Positions 29,164 through 39,343 of a stretch of DNA of 64,000 nt are shown one piece after another. Under the pieces are notes generated by a model. The model was given only the letters and a program-made list of their open reading frames with translations. It did not search any database and was not told the DNA's origin. Positions within the stretch are counted from its first letter, which is position 1; each line of letters begins with the position of its first letter. The DNA comes from Candidatus Sumerlaeaceae bacterium (GTDB lineage Bacteria; Sumerlaeota; Sumerlaeia; Sumerlaeales; Sumerlaeaceae), in assembly GCA_049968255.1 (NCBI GenBank), contig JBMFRB010000003.1, forward strand, positions 288,998 to 352,997, read 5' to 3'. The position numbers were made by a program, and so were the translations under genes.

Positions 29164-31917
29164 TCAGAAGCTTGAGCCTCGCATCGCACCCAGCGCGCAT
29201 AGGGCGTAGCCAAAGACAATCAGGACTACACCCACCCACAGAGCAGGTATCGCCACTGGTAGCATTGCCAACGCACTTTGGGCCACACGGGGTAAGACGA
29301 CCATCGCCACCCCCAAAACGATGAGGGCAGGACCCACGAGCCGTCGCGAGGTCGCACTCACGAGAAGAGCGACCGCGCAACCAAGCCCAACATAGCTCAG
29401 CAGGAGAGCTCTGGTTTCTTCTGGCAAAGGCAATCGTCCCATCGCAGCTGCGATAAACGCTCCGCCAGGCAATCGGTCGCCAAGCCACGCCCTGAGGAAG
29501 GGCAACATCATGGCCAGTCCGAGAATTGCCCGGCCGAGGCGAAAAGGCGTGCCAACGAGCCCCATCCGCACTAGCCCGCTCTTTCGCTTCTTCGCAAAGG
29601 GATCCTCGTATTTCACGCGATCCTTGGCCCCCACGGTCGTTTTGATTTCCGTGAGGATAACGGTTGCAGCGTCCTGCGCTTTGCGTTGCGCTTCCTCTTC
29701 CGACATTCCTTGCGCAGCGAGCCGTTTTGCTTCCACCTTGGCCAACTGCTTGACCTCGCGGGCTTCGCGCCGACGCCGCTCGATCTCGTCCAGCCAGCGG
29801 ATGATCGGATCGCGCCAAGGTGCATAGTGCTTGCGCCGCTGCACCTGCTCCGCTGCTGTCACCTTACCGCGCGCCAACACGAGGGCCTCGTAGCCAAACA
29901 GGTCCTCGAATAGTTCTTCCCACTCCTCGCCAGCGAAGCGTGCCACAAAATCCTGGACGGCCTCTTCCGGCATTCCCCGCACGCGCAGCTCTTTTAGCAT
30001 TTTGATGAGGTCCTTCAGCACTTGAACACGCTCGGCCCGGAGCCGCCGCAGCACACCAAATTCATAGCCGATGGCCAACGCCAGCGAAACGAGCAGGCTC
30101 GCCACCACAGTGAGGAAAAGGCCGACCTGAAAAGTGCCGGCGATGGCAAGCGCACCGGCAAAGATCGTTTTCACCCAGTCGATCAGCGCCATGCCAAACG
30201 CAGCCGACCGCAGACGCCGGAGGAAGTAGGAACGGGAGATAAGCCCATCCACAAGAACGGTCAGTACTGGTGTCAGTGCAAGGGTGAGCAGGAAAAATAA
30301 GCCTATCCGCGGTGCGCCCAGGACGAATGTCAGCAGAGCGAGAATGGCCGCAGCGCCCGCAAAGACCTTCGGCACAAGTTTCTGTAGGCGGCGCGTGGGT
30401 GCACCATAGTATCGCTTCTGCGCTTCTTCGAGAATCGCCAAATGAATCTCACGAGGCCGGAAGATGCCCTTGTCGCTTTCAATGCCAAGGTAAGCCTCGA
30501 GGTCGCGGATGACCTCACCCATGTCGGCATAACGGTCCTCGGGCGATTTTGCCAGCATCCGCTGAATGATGACTTTGAGCGTCTGCGGCACTCCACGCAC
30601 GTGTGTCTCTAGCGGCGGAACCGGTTCGTTGAGTTGCTTTGTGATGATCTCGTAGGCGGTTGTGCCCGAGAATGGCGGGCTGCCCGTGACGAGGTAATAA
30701 AGCGTGCATCCTAAGGCGTACTGGTCGGCACGCGCGTCCACGTTTGCTGCATCGCGAGCCTGCTCCGGCGCCATGTAGGCCGGCGTCCCCATCGCCACCG
30801 CCTTCAAAGTGATATCGCTTGCTGCCACCTTGCTCAGGGCCTGCTTGTCACTCGAGCTGCTGCTCCCACTTTCACTTTCAATCCGTGGATGCTCGAATTT
30901 CGCCAGCCCCAAATCTGCCACTTTCACCACGCCGAGATCATTGAGTAACAGGTTGTCCGGCTTAATGTCGCGATGGATAATTCCGTGATCGTGGGCGTAC
31001 TTGAGCGCTCGAGCGGCTTGAACTACATAGCCGACCGCATCGTCAATGTTGAGACGCCCATCGCGACGCACCATCTCGCCAAGGTTCGTGCCTCGTACGT
31101 ACTCCATAGCGATAAAATGCGTGTCGTTTTCGCTGCCCACGTCGTACACTTGCACCACATTGTGGTGAGTAAGCTGGGCAGCAGCTAGGGCCTCGCGGGT
31201 GAAGCGAGCTAAGAATTCTGGATTCCCCGCCATCTCCGCTGGGAGCACTTTGAGCGCTACATCCCGGTCCAGCGATTTCTGGCGAGCTAGATAGACGGTG
31301 CCCATTCCGCCTCGCCCGAGCGTGGCCTTAATTTCATAACCCCCCAGCTCCACACCCGTGAGATCGGCCCCGTGGGTAGTCCTTGGCTGCGTGGCTGAGC
31401 GCGGGGCGCCCGCGCTTGCAGGCGATTTTTGCGAGGGTTTCGGCGCAGCGGGCCGTTGCGGCGGCGACAGTATGGTTGCCCCCTCAGTATCCAGCTGGGA
31501 TTGCGGCCCAACGCCAGAGGGCTCTTCGATGACCGTTTTATCGTCATATCGCGAGGAGGCGTGAGATGGCTTGCTTTCACCGGCCGAAGGCGTGCTGGCT
31601 AATGGTGGGGCGGTTTTGCCTCGTGCTTGGGGAAAAACCCCAAGGTTGGTCGGCGAGTCTCCGCTAAGGTAGCCTGCACTCGTAGCGTTCTCCGCCTTCG
31701 CATCAAGAATCGTAGGGAGCTCATGAATGTTTGGCGGTTCCGGCGCCACCTGGGGTTTAGTCGGACTTGTGGGCCTAGCCTCGTTCTGGGCGTTGGCATC
31801 GGCCCTTGCAACGATCACGGGAAAAACAGCAAAGCATTCCGGACACTGCACCAGCCCTTGGCTCAAGCTGTCGTCAGATTCCCATGTGGCGCCGCATTTT
31901 TTGCAGGTGAACTTCAC
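29164..31917 (-). CDS. Membrane-bound Hanks-type Ser/Thr protein kinase with N-terminal zinc ribbon
   Basis: CKKC..CPEC, GRGGMGTV, VALK, HRDIKPDN, DLG, GTPAYMAPE, two TM clusters. GTG start after GGGAG. Confidence 0.92.
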   Translation of the reverse strand: MKFTCKKCGATWESDDSLSQGLVQCPECFAVFPVIVARADANAQNEARPTSPTKPQVAPEPPNIHELPTILDAKAENATSAGYLSGDSPTNLGVFPQARGKTAPPLASTPSAGESKPSHASSRYDDKTVIEEPSGVGPQSQLDTEGATILSPPQRPAAPKPSQKSPASAGAPRSATQPRTTHGADLTGVELGGYEIKATLGRGGMGTVYLARQKSLDRDVALKVLPAEMAGNPEFLARFTREALAAAQLTHHNVVQVYDVGSENDTHFIAMEYVRGTNLGEMVRRDGRLNIDDAVGYVVQAARALKYAHDHGIIHRDIKPDNLLLNDLGVVKVADLGLAKFEHPRIESESGSSSSSDKQALSKVAASDITLKAVAMGTPAYMAPEQARDAANVDARADQYALGCTLYYLVTGSPPFSGTTAYEIITKQLNEPVPPLETHVRGVPQTLKVIIQRMLAKSPEDRYADMGEVIRDLEAYLGIESDKGIFRPREIHLAILEEAQKRYYGAPTRRLQKLVPKVFAGAAAILALLTFVLGAPRIGLFFLLTLALTPVLTVLVDGLISRSYFLRRLRSAAFGMALIDWVKTIFAGALAIAGTFQVGLFLTVVASLLVSLALAIGYEFGVLRRLRAERVQVLKDLIKMLKELRVRGMPEEAVQDFVARFAGEEWEELFEDLFGYEALVLARGKVTAAEQVQRRKHYAPWRDPIIRWLDEIERRRREAREVKQLAKVEAKRLAAQGMSEEEAQRKAQDAATVILTEIKTTVGAKDRVKYEDPFAKKRKSGLVRMGLVGTPFRLGRAILGLAMMLPFLRAWLGDRLPGGAFIAAAMGRLPLPEETRALLLSYVGLGCAVALLVSATSRRLVGPALIVLGVAMVVLPRVAQSALAMLPVAIPALWVGVVLIVFGYALCALGAMRGSSF

Positions 31918-32042
31918 CCCAAGCACTCCCTGAGAAAATCGCAACGCTCGCGTTGTTGCTGGAGATTTTATAACAATGGTCTGCGGTGTCAAGTGAGAGC
32001 CTTGCAAATCGTGCCAGTTCTCTCCTCTCCTCATCGAGTTCG

Positions 32043-32080
32043 AAAAAGAAAGGGAGCCTGCTGAACCAGCAGGCTCCCTT
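32043..32080 (-). terminator. Rho-independent terminator after the GH13 gene
   Basis: Perfect 14-bp inverted repeat AAGGGAGCCTGCTG/CAGCAGGCTCCCTT with a T-tract on the minus strand. Confidence 0.85.
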
Positions 32081-32164
32081 GTGCTCCGCGGCCAACTCAT
32101 CTTGTGCGCAGCCCGCCGAGGCATCCTCCGGAGTTCGCCGAGCGGCGGCGCCGTATCTCCTCTC

Positions 32165-34504
32165 TTACTGCGACAGAACAATCACAGTGTAGGGCCCAAT
32201 GCCAATATTGGCGTTATATGGCATGCCATCTTTGCCGCCAGAGTTTGCCGTGGTCGTGTAGGAATTCCAGTTGCTGAAATCGCTCGAATAGCCGTTCCAG
32301 TCGCTATTGAACCGCACGTACCACGTACCGCCACGTGGCATGCCGATATTGTAGGATGTATAGCCCTTGTTGGCAAAATTAGCCACAACCACCACATCAT
32401 CGCCAGCTCCACCCTGATCCCAGCGGTGGTAAGCGATCACCTTGTCGGTGTTGTTGATGTGGAACACATTGACGTTGTTGCCGCGCAGGCCCCGCGTGTT
32501 GTTATACCAATTGCGGCGCAGCCGGATGAGGTCTTTATAAAGCTGCAAAATTCCCGAGTAGGTTGTGGTTTTGCTCCAATCGAGAGGATCGCCATCCGAG
32601 AAATAGCCATCTTCGAGGAATTCCTGCCCCTGGAAGATCATGGGGATACCAGGCGCGGTAAAGAGGATGCCAGCCGCCAGCGTCGAGCGCTTTTTTGAAG
32701 GCCAACTGCCTGCGTTGCCCGGCCAAATCTCCTCCGGCAGTCTGCTGTGGCCATTCGCATCTTCGTCATGGCTCTCGGTGTAAATCACGCGCTGGAGGTG
32801 CCAACCGTTGTAGTAGTGAGTTATGGCATCGCGGACTGCATACATGTTCCGGTCGCTGTCGTTAGATTTGATCACTTCGGCCCGGATCGGATGCACGAAG
32901 TTCGGATCCCATTGCGAATCGAAGCCAGCGCCACCGGCCGCCGTTGTCTTGGTCAGCCACTCATTGTTCTGCATGTCTTCGGCGATGGAGATTTTCCAGC
33001 TCGATGTGGAGTCAATCGTGTCGTTGATCCATTGCATGAGGCTCCAACCCTCCGGGATATCGCCGCCGGTCCCATTGTTGAGAGCCCGAATGTTACAGGT
33101 CGAATCCCAGCGCAGACCGTCCATTCTGTAGTCGTTGAGCCACATCATTGCGGCATCTTTTAGGAACGAGCGCACTTCGCCGCGTCCATAGTCCGGGCGC
33201 GACCATCCCCACGGCGTGACTTTGCGCCAGTCGCTGAAGAAGTAAATGCCACCATTGCCGTAGCTCTCGCCGTCGAAATTCCACAGCGGAATGCTCGATT
33301 CGTAGGGGCTCGATCCCATGTGATTGAACACAATGTCCATAATCACGCCCATGCCGCGTGCGTGGGCAGCATCCACCAGAGCTTTCAGGGCCTGGGGCGA
33401 GCCGTAAGCGCTCTCTGGCGCGAACTGGCTGTGCGGGTTGTACCCCCACGAGAAGTCACCAGGGAACTCCATGCACGGCATGAGTTCGATAAGATTCACG
33501 CCAAGGCTCTGCAAGTAATCCATTTTAGCAGTCACACTGGCGAAGTTTCCCGGCCCACCGCCAGGAGCGTCGTTGAACGTCCCCACGTGAAGCTCATAGA
33601 TCACCGTGTCGTTCCACGCTGGTGTCGCATAGCTATACGAACCCCACGAGTAGGCCGGATCCACGATGATCGAGTTCCCCGCGTCGTTGGTCATCTGGCG
33701 CGCCTGCGGATCCTGGCGCCAGAAGGTCCCGTAAGTCGGATGCGTGATCACGTACTTGTATTGGTCGCCGACGATGGCCCCATTGAAATCCACCGACCAC
33801 CAGCCGTTGCCTTCGCTGGCGAGTTGATTCCACGAAGAGTTCCAGCCGTTGAACGTGCCAGCCACAGCCACGGCGCTCGCGTTCGGGGCCCACACGCGGA
33901 AGGTGCAGCCACTCGTATAAGGAATCGCCCCCACGCCGCCACGCGTCGAAGCTACAGTGTCGCCCGTGATCGTCACGTCGTCGAGCGCCACGCCGTCGGA
34001 GCTCAGCGGATAATTGTCGTATTCCTGCCAGCGGATCACGCAGTTAGGGCCAAGGACCTTGCCCAGAGATGAAGCTGCGGACGAAAGATTGACGGTATAG
34101 AGCGAAAAGGACGAAGAAATAGCAGGAAATGACCAGATTTTGGAAAAGGTGGCTCCGCCATCGGTTGAGAGAAATAGCCCGTCGTTCGTATGGGCTTCAT
34201 CGCCCACGTTACGGAAACGGAACGTGAGAACCACGTTCGAGTAGGTGGCGAGGTTCATCCGGAGATCAAGGCGCGAGGTCGAATACACGCTATCGCCCAC
34301 AGAATCGTCGAGCGTGACCCCGTAACCCGACGAGCCATAGCGATAAGTTGTACTCGTTTGCACGCGCCACTGGTTCGTTCCTGATTTCGACCAGGCCGAA
34401 CCAAGTGTGCTAGAGTTGAATGAGTCGGTGAAGAGCGTTGCGGCAGAAGCAAGAAGGCTAAGAGCGCTCATGATGGCCGCTGCCGCGGTGGTTCGAAGGC
34501 GCAT
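32165..34504 (-). CDS. Secreted GH13 (CBM48 + TreZ/GlgB-like catalytic domain) with extra N-terminal beta domain
   Basis: Signal peptide ending ASA, FRVWAPNA, IYELHVG, WGYNP, DIVFNH, DGLRWD, IAED, ESHDE, PMIFQGQE. Confidence 0.88.
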   Translation of the reverse strand: MRLRTTAAAAIMSALSLLASAATLFTDSFNSSTLGSAWSKSGTNQWRVQTSTTYRYGSSGYGVTLDDSVGDSVYSTSRLDLRMNLATYSNVVLTFRFRNVGDEAHTNDGLFLSTDGGATFSKIWSFPAISSSFSLYTVNLSSAASSLGKVLGPNCVIRWQEYDNYPLSSDGVALDDVTITGDTVASTRGGVGAIPYTSGCTFRVWAPNASAVAVAGTFNGWNSSWNQLASEGNGWWSVDFNGAIVGDQYKYVITHPTYGTFWRQDPQARQMTNDAGNSIIVDPAYSWGSYSYATPAWNDTVIYELHVGTFNDAPGGGPGNFASVTAKMDYLQSLGVNLIELMPCMEFPGDFSWGYNPHSQFAPESAYGSPQALKALVDAAHARGMGVIMDIVFNHMGSSPYESSIPLWNFDGESYGNGGIYFFSDWRKVTPWGWSRPDYGRGEVRSFLKDAAMMWLNDYRMDGLRWDSTCNIRALNNGTGGDIPEGWSLMQWINDTIDSTSSWKISIAEDMQNNEWLTKTTAAGGAGFDSQWDPNFVHPIRAEVIKSNDSDRNMYAVRDAITHYYNGWHLQRVIYTESHDEDANGHSRLPEEIWPGNAGSWPSKKRSTLAAGILFTAPGIPMIFQGQEFLEDGYFSDGDPLDWSKTTTYSGILQLYKDLIRLRRNWYNNTRGLRGNNVNVFHINNTDKVIAYHRWDQGGAGDDVVVVANFANKGYTSYNIGMPRGGTWYVRFNSDWNGYSSDFSNWNSYTTTANSGGKDGMPYNANIGIGPYTVIVLSQ

Positions 34505-35101
34505 AGTTCCAAAGTCCTCCTAGAAGCTTTTTGTCGACCTGAAAGTCAACGGGGCGATTTGGGGGGGCCACCACCGCGCCGATGGCTTTCAAATCGGACG
34601 GTCTATTCAGAGACCATTGCGGGGTATTTAGAGCGATCCAAGCGCTTCGTCAATTGAAAAGTTATAAAAAAGAACGGTTCCGTCAACAGCGACTAAGTCA
34701 CAGATTTTTCAATCATTTGTGTTTCACTGCTGAACCTGAAGTTCAAAAAAGCGAAAAAAATCGTCGAAAATTCCTGAATCATTTTTGCAAAGTTTTCGTT
34801 TTCGCTTTTGCGTGAAAAGTCATGAGGCTCTTTGCTCGACAACATCGCACGCGTAGTGTCTCCTCCATCTCTTCTCCTCACTTTGATTCATCCAATTGGA
34901 TCGTTCTTACCAGGGTGTGCGCTTTCTCGCTCCGCGCAAGGGCGGTCCACCCGATCTCTTTTTGGGCCCCCTGCACGGAGTTCCCACGGCATGGATTCCA
35001 CGACTCTCGGCCGCAAAAGAAAGAAAACCATGGCGTCGACGACCCGCATGACTGCAGTGTATAAGCTTTCACAGCAAGTTCAACCGAGGGAAATAATTGC
35101 G

Positions 35102-37414
35102 ATGAGCGAGCCCCAGGACGTGAAAAGCTTTGCCGATCTTTCTCAGCAGCTTGCCTCTGCCATCGACAATGAGGATTGGATGGCCGTGGATAATTTATGG
35201 CTCGAGCTCTTGGTTGAACCCCCCACCGATGTTTCATTTTATGACAATGTGATCCGAGCGATGCGCCGAGCTAAGGCCCTCGAACGTGCTCACGAACTTC
35301 TGCTTTTAGCCCTCGATGAACTCGAAGCGCGCGAACAGTGGGAACCAACGCTCGGCATCCTCAAGCTGGGTGCCCGCTTTTGGCCCGACTCGAAAGCGCT
35401 ACGTCCCCACACGGCGCGCGCTCTCAAACGCGTGTATTCGCACATTCCCCAGCTCCCGGATATGATCGCAGCGTGCAAGGGCCTGCCTCTCGATCGCGTT
35501 TTTATGCGTTTCGAAGAGCTTTTGCGCATGCTTCCGGGCGAGGTTTATTCGCACCCATACTGGGGCAACGGTTACGTCGTCGAGCTAGACATTCCGAATG
35601 ATCGCGTTATGCTTGAGTTTCCTGAAGCCGAGGAGCAGCGGCGCCGCGAAGTAAAGCTCGATTTTCTTCTCAAGCACCTTCGCCACCGCCCACAAGGGAG
35701 TTTCACGGCGCGCTTGCTTCACGATCGCGACGCTCTGCGACAGTTCGCGTGGGATGCACCGGCGGAATTTGTCAAACTCGTCCTTGCGGATTTCGACGGC
35801 CGCTTGAAAGCGTCCGAACTCAAGGAACTTCTGCTGGAGTCCTTGTTCAGCGAAGCAGAGTGGTCGCGCTGGTGGAGCCAGGCGCGCACCGCCTTCGCTC
35901 TTGACTCGTGGATTGATTTTGACGCCGGGCGCGGTGGCCGCGCTGAGATTGCGCTGCGCAACCAGCCACGCACGTTTGAGGACGAAGTGCTCGAATCCTA
36001 CTTTGCATCTGCAGCCACCCTCGAGAACCGCGTTGAATTAGTCAAGCGGCTGGCTAAAACTTTGGCCAATGGCGCGCAGGTAGACGACGAAGCTGTGGAG
36101 AAAATCCTCAGCGATCTCACTGCGCGCCTGCGCAATGCCGCGCTTCCTCCCGCTGAGCGCCTCACAGCGCGTTACCTCGTCGAGATCCTTGCTGCTGAGC
36201 ACGACCGGGCAAAGGTTGTCTTGGCAGACCTTCCTGGCGAAGAAGAAATTCTCGTGGGTGTCAGCAACTACCTCGATTTGCGCGATTTCACTGACGTTGG
36301 TTTTGCTCAGCGCGCGCTGCGATGGCTTGTGGCTCGTGATGGAGAGGACGGCATCGAGCGCGCCGCCGCAAGCCTCCCCGAGGCGCCTCCCGCGCTGGCC
36401 CAGGCACTCTGGAGCGTCATCATGCCCGAGAAACATGCCGCGCCCGCCGTTCGTGCAATCCGAGCACTTTTCGAAAAAGCACTCGACAACCCAGAGACAT
36501 TTGTCTGGGCGGCACGTCATCTCACGGAACGTCGTTGGAGCTATCTTGATGACTTCATCCCCTTGGGAGCCCTCGTGTTTGACCTTCTCGACTGGCTCAA
36601 CGAATGGGAGGCTCTAGCGCAGAAACTCAGCACCCCGCGTGAAGTAGCGGAACGCGCCAAATGGCTGATCGGACGGGTGCGTTCGTTGATAAGCGCAGGG
36701 GACTATGCCGTGCTTGCCGTTGCTGTGCGCGACATGCCGCTCGAGCAGGTTCATGAGCTGCGTCGTGCGCTCCAACTGCACAATGTCTTCACAGACTCGG
36801 CGCGCGAAGCAGCTGACCGAGCCATTCGCCTTGTGCGGCGCGACCTCGATGAGCCAGCGGTCGCCGTTGCTTCCTCCACGGCAAATGCACCCGCTTCCAC
36901 TGCATTTCTGTGCACTGCAAGGGGACTAGCCCGAGCTGCAGCGGAACTGCACGAACTCAACACGGTGACAATCCCACAAAATGCCAAAGAGATCGAGAAG
37001 GCGCGCGCCGAGGGCGATCTTCGCGAAAACGCTGGGTACCACGGAGCACGCGAGCGCCATGCACATCTTCTGCGAAGAGCCCACTTTCTCCAGGATGGCA
37101 TTGCGCGTGCTCAGGTTGTGCGAAAGGACGACGTCAACACCGCCGAGGTCTCTTTCGGAACGCGTGTAATTCTCACGAATTTGGAGACCGGCTCCGACGA
37201 AATCTACACCCTATTGGGCCAGTGGGAGAGTGATCCAGAACGCGGCATTTTCGACCACAAGGCGCCCTTCCCTGCCCAACTTCTCGGCAAGAAGGTCGGG
37301 GACGAATTTGAGGCGCAAAGTCTTGACGGTCAGAGACGGCGCTTTCGCGTGAAGGCCATAGACAATGCGCTGGCCTCGGGAGAATGGGATGAAGCCTCGG
37401 TGCCCGTCGCGTGA
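35102..37414 (+). CDS. greA: Long-form GreA/GreB transcription elongation factor
   Basis: C-terminal ARAEGDLRENAGY, VSFGTRV, YTLLG.WE, preceded by a ~600-aa N-terminal extension. Start uncertain. Confidence 0.8.
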   Translation: MSEPQDVKSFADLSQQLASAIDNEDWMAVDNLWLELLVEPPTDVSFYDNVIRAMRRAKALERAHELLLLALDELEAREQWEPTLGILKLGARFWPDSKALRPHTARALKRVYSHIPQLPDMIAACKGLPLDRVFMRFEELLRMLPGEVYSHPYWGNGYVVELDIPNDRVMLEFPEAEEQRRREVKLDFLLKHLRHRPQGSFTARLLHDRDALRQFAWDAPAEFVKLVLADFDGRLKASELKELLLESLFSEAEWSRWWSQARTAFALDSWIDFDAGRGGRAEIALRNQPRTFEDEVLESYFASAATLENRVELVKRLAKTLANGAQVDDEAVEKILSDLTARLRNAALPPAERLTARYLVEILAAEHDRAKVVLADLPGEEEILVGVSNYLDLRDFTDVGFAQRALRWLVARDGEDGIERAAASLPEAPPALAQALWSVIMPEKHAAPAVRAIRALFEKALDNPETFVWAARHLTERRWSYLDDFIPLGALVFDLLDWLNEWEALAQKLSTPREVAERAKWLIGRVRSLISAGDYAVLAVAVRDMPLEQVHELRRALQLHNVFTDSAREAADRAIRLVRRDLDEPAVAVASSTANAPASTAFLCTARGLARAAAELHELNTVTIPQNAKEIEKARAEGDLRENAGYHGARERHAHLLRRAHFLQDGIARAQVVRKDDVNTAEVSFGTRVILTNLETGSDEIYTLLGQWESDPERGIFDHKAPFPAQLLGKKVGDEFEAQSLDGQRRRFRVKAIDNALASGEWDEASVPVA

Positions 37415-37503
37415 GCCTAACAAGTTCCGCCAGTGCCTCGAAGCGACGATTCGACGGTTGGCCATCGACCCAGGCGAACAAAGCTACCCAGGGAACCTAC
37501 GCG

Positions 37504-39204
37504 ATGACTGAAAAAACCGAATCACAGAAGGATGCCGGGCTCGTTCCCGATTCGTTTTCGGCGTCACCGCCGCCAGATTCCCCAAAAGACAATACGCGCC
37601 CTGGCGACAGCAGCGACGCTTTGAAACGGATCCAAAAGGAACTTCAAGCCTCGGCAGCTCCACGGGGGGCGTTTCTCGGTAGCTCTGGACTGCGCCACCA
37701 ATTGTGGCGCGCTGCTCTTGTGGGAATAGGGGCTGGTATCACCGCCATTTTGTTCCAAAAAGGTCTCGAGGGCGCCGAATGGCTTCGTGAAGTGATGATC
37801 TCGGCGCATATCACACAAGGGTTGAGGGGCCATCTCCTCAGCATTGTTTACTGCGCGGGGTTAGTCTGGGTGGCCAAGTGGTTGACTTCGCGCTACTGCC
37901 CCCAAGTCGCAGGCAGTGGAATTCCTCATGTGAAAGCCGTGCTGGCAGGTTTCCAGCGCCTGCATTGGAGCCGCATTCTTCCAATAAAACTTCTCGGCGG
38001 CATATGTGCCATCGGTGGCGGCTTGTCGCTGGGCCGCGAGGGGCCCACTGTCCACATGGGCGCCAGTGTGGGGGCAGCGCTGGGATCAGCCTTGCGTTTG
38101 CCGCAACGTGCACAACGCACTCTCATCGCAGCCGGGGCCGGCGCAGGGCTGGCCGCCGCCTTCAATGCCCCGCTGGCCGGCTTTCTCTTTGTTCTAGAAG
38201 AACTCGAGAAGAGTTTCACGCCGGTGACCTATGCCACGGCGCTTGTGGCGAGCACGTGTGCGGACGTCGTGACACGGTTGGTGATTGGCGAGCGGCCCGC
38301 ATTCCGCATTGTCGGCTTTCCCGCTCCGCCCTTACAGGCCTTTCCCCTTGTGCTTACGCTCGGCATACTGGCTGGTCTTGTCGGCATTCTCTTTAGCAAG
38401 GCACTTCTTGCCAGTGTTCGAGCCGCGCGCATACCCTCGCGTTCGCGCACGCTGCTCGTGGGCATTCTTGCGGGTGTGGTGTCCTTATATCTTCCAGCTG
38501 TCGCGGGGGGAGGGCACTACACCGCAGAGATTGTTCTGAGAGGCACCTACCTTTATCAAGGCGGCCTTGTGATCATGTTAGCGCTCATGGTCGCAAAGTT
38601 CGGCATGACCATGATCAGCTACGCCTCAGGCGTGCCGGGTGGTATCTTTGCCCCCATGCTTGTCATCGGCGCTTTTCTCGGCCTTTCATTCGGAGCGGTT
38701 GCCTTACGTCTTCCTCCCGCTTGGTCAGTGGCCCCGCAAGCATTTGCTATTTTGGGGATGGCGGCTGTTTTAGCATCAGTCACAAGGGCGCCAGTGACCG
38801 GTGTCGTGCTCATTCTCGAAATGACGAACAATTACGAGCAGCTCTTTGCGCTTATGGTGGCCTGCGGTGCTGCTTACCTTGTGGCCAAAGCATTTCGAGT
38901 TCCACCAATTTACGACGCGCTACTTGAACTCGATCTAGAACGTCAGCTGCCTCAGCGAGCGATCGCTCCCAGCCCCACGATCTACGAGCTCATTATTGAG
39001 CGTGGAAGCTATCTCGAAGGACTCGAGGTCCAGGAGGTGCCACTTCCCCCTGGCTGCGCGATCGTAAGCCTCTTACGTGGCAATGCGGAAATTGTGCCGC
39101 CGCCAGCACTTCACATTCAGGCCGGCGATGTTCTCGTGGTCGTTGCCGAGTCGCGCGATCCACACGCGGGTTACTTACTGCAGCGCATGGCACGCGTCGA
39201 GTGA
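37504..39204 (+). CDS. clcA: ClC H+/Cl- antiporter with C-terminal TrkA-C domain
   Basis: GSGIP, GREGP (gating Glu), LEE (proton Glu), GIFAP, PIY. Confidence 0.9.
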   Translation: MTEKTESQKDAGLVPDSFSASPPPDSPKDNTRPGDSSDALKRIQKELQASAAPRGAFLGSSGLRHQLWRAALVGIGAGITAILFQKGLEGAEWLREVMISAHITQGLRGHLLSIVYCAGLVWVAKWLTSRYCPQVAGSGIPHVKAVLAGFQRLHWSRILPIKLLGGICAIGGGLSLGREGPTVHMGASVGAALGSALRLPQRAQRTLIAAGAGAGLAAAFNAPLAGFLFVLEELEKSFTPVTYATALVASTCADVVTRLVIGERPAFRIVGFPAPPLQAFPLVLTLGILAGLVGILFSKALLASVRAARIPSRSRTLLVGILAGVVSLYLPAVAGGGHYTAEIVLRGTYLYQGGLVIMLALMVAKFGMTMISYASGVPGGIFAPMLVIGAFLGLSFGAVALRLPPAWSVAPQAFAILGMAAVLASVTRAPVTGVVLILEMTNNYEQLFALMVACGAAYLVAKAFRVPPIYDALLELDLERQLPQRAIAPSPTIYELIIERGSYLEGLEVQEVPLPPGCAIVSLLRGNAEIVPPPALHIQAGDVLVVVAESRDPHAGYLLQRMARVE

Positions 39205-39343
39205 GATCCCCCTCCGAGCATCCTTTCGTGCTTGCTTGCGTCAGCACTCATGGGCAAGGGATTGGCTGAAATGTGGACGAGCAGCGCACGAGTCCGAGCT
39301 CGTTGCTCCGTCGCCCCGACTTTTCCCACAAGGTGGAAGTCGC

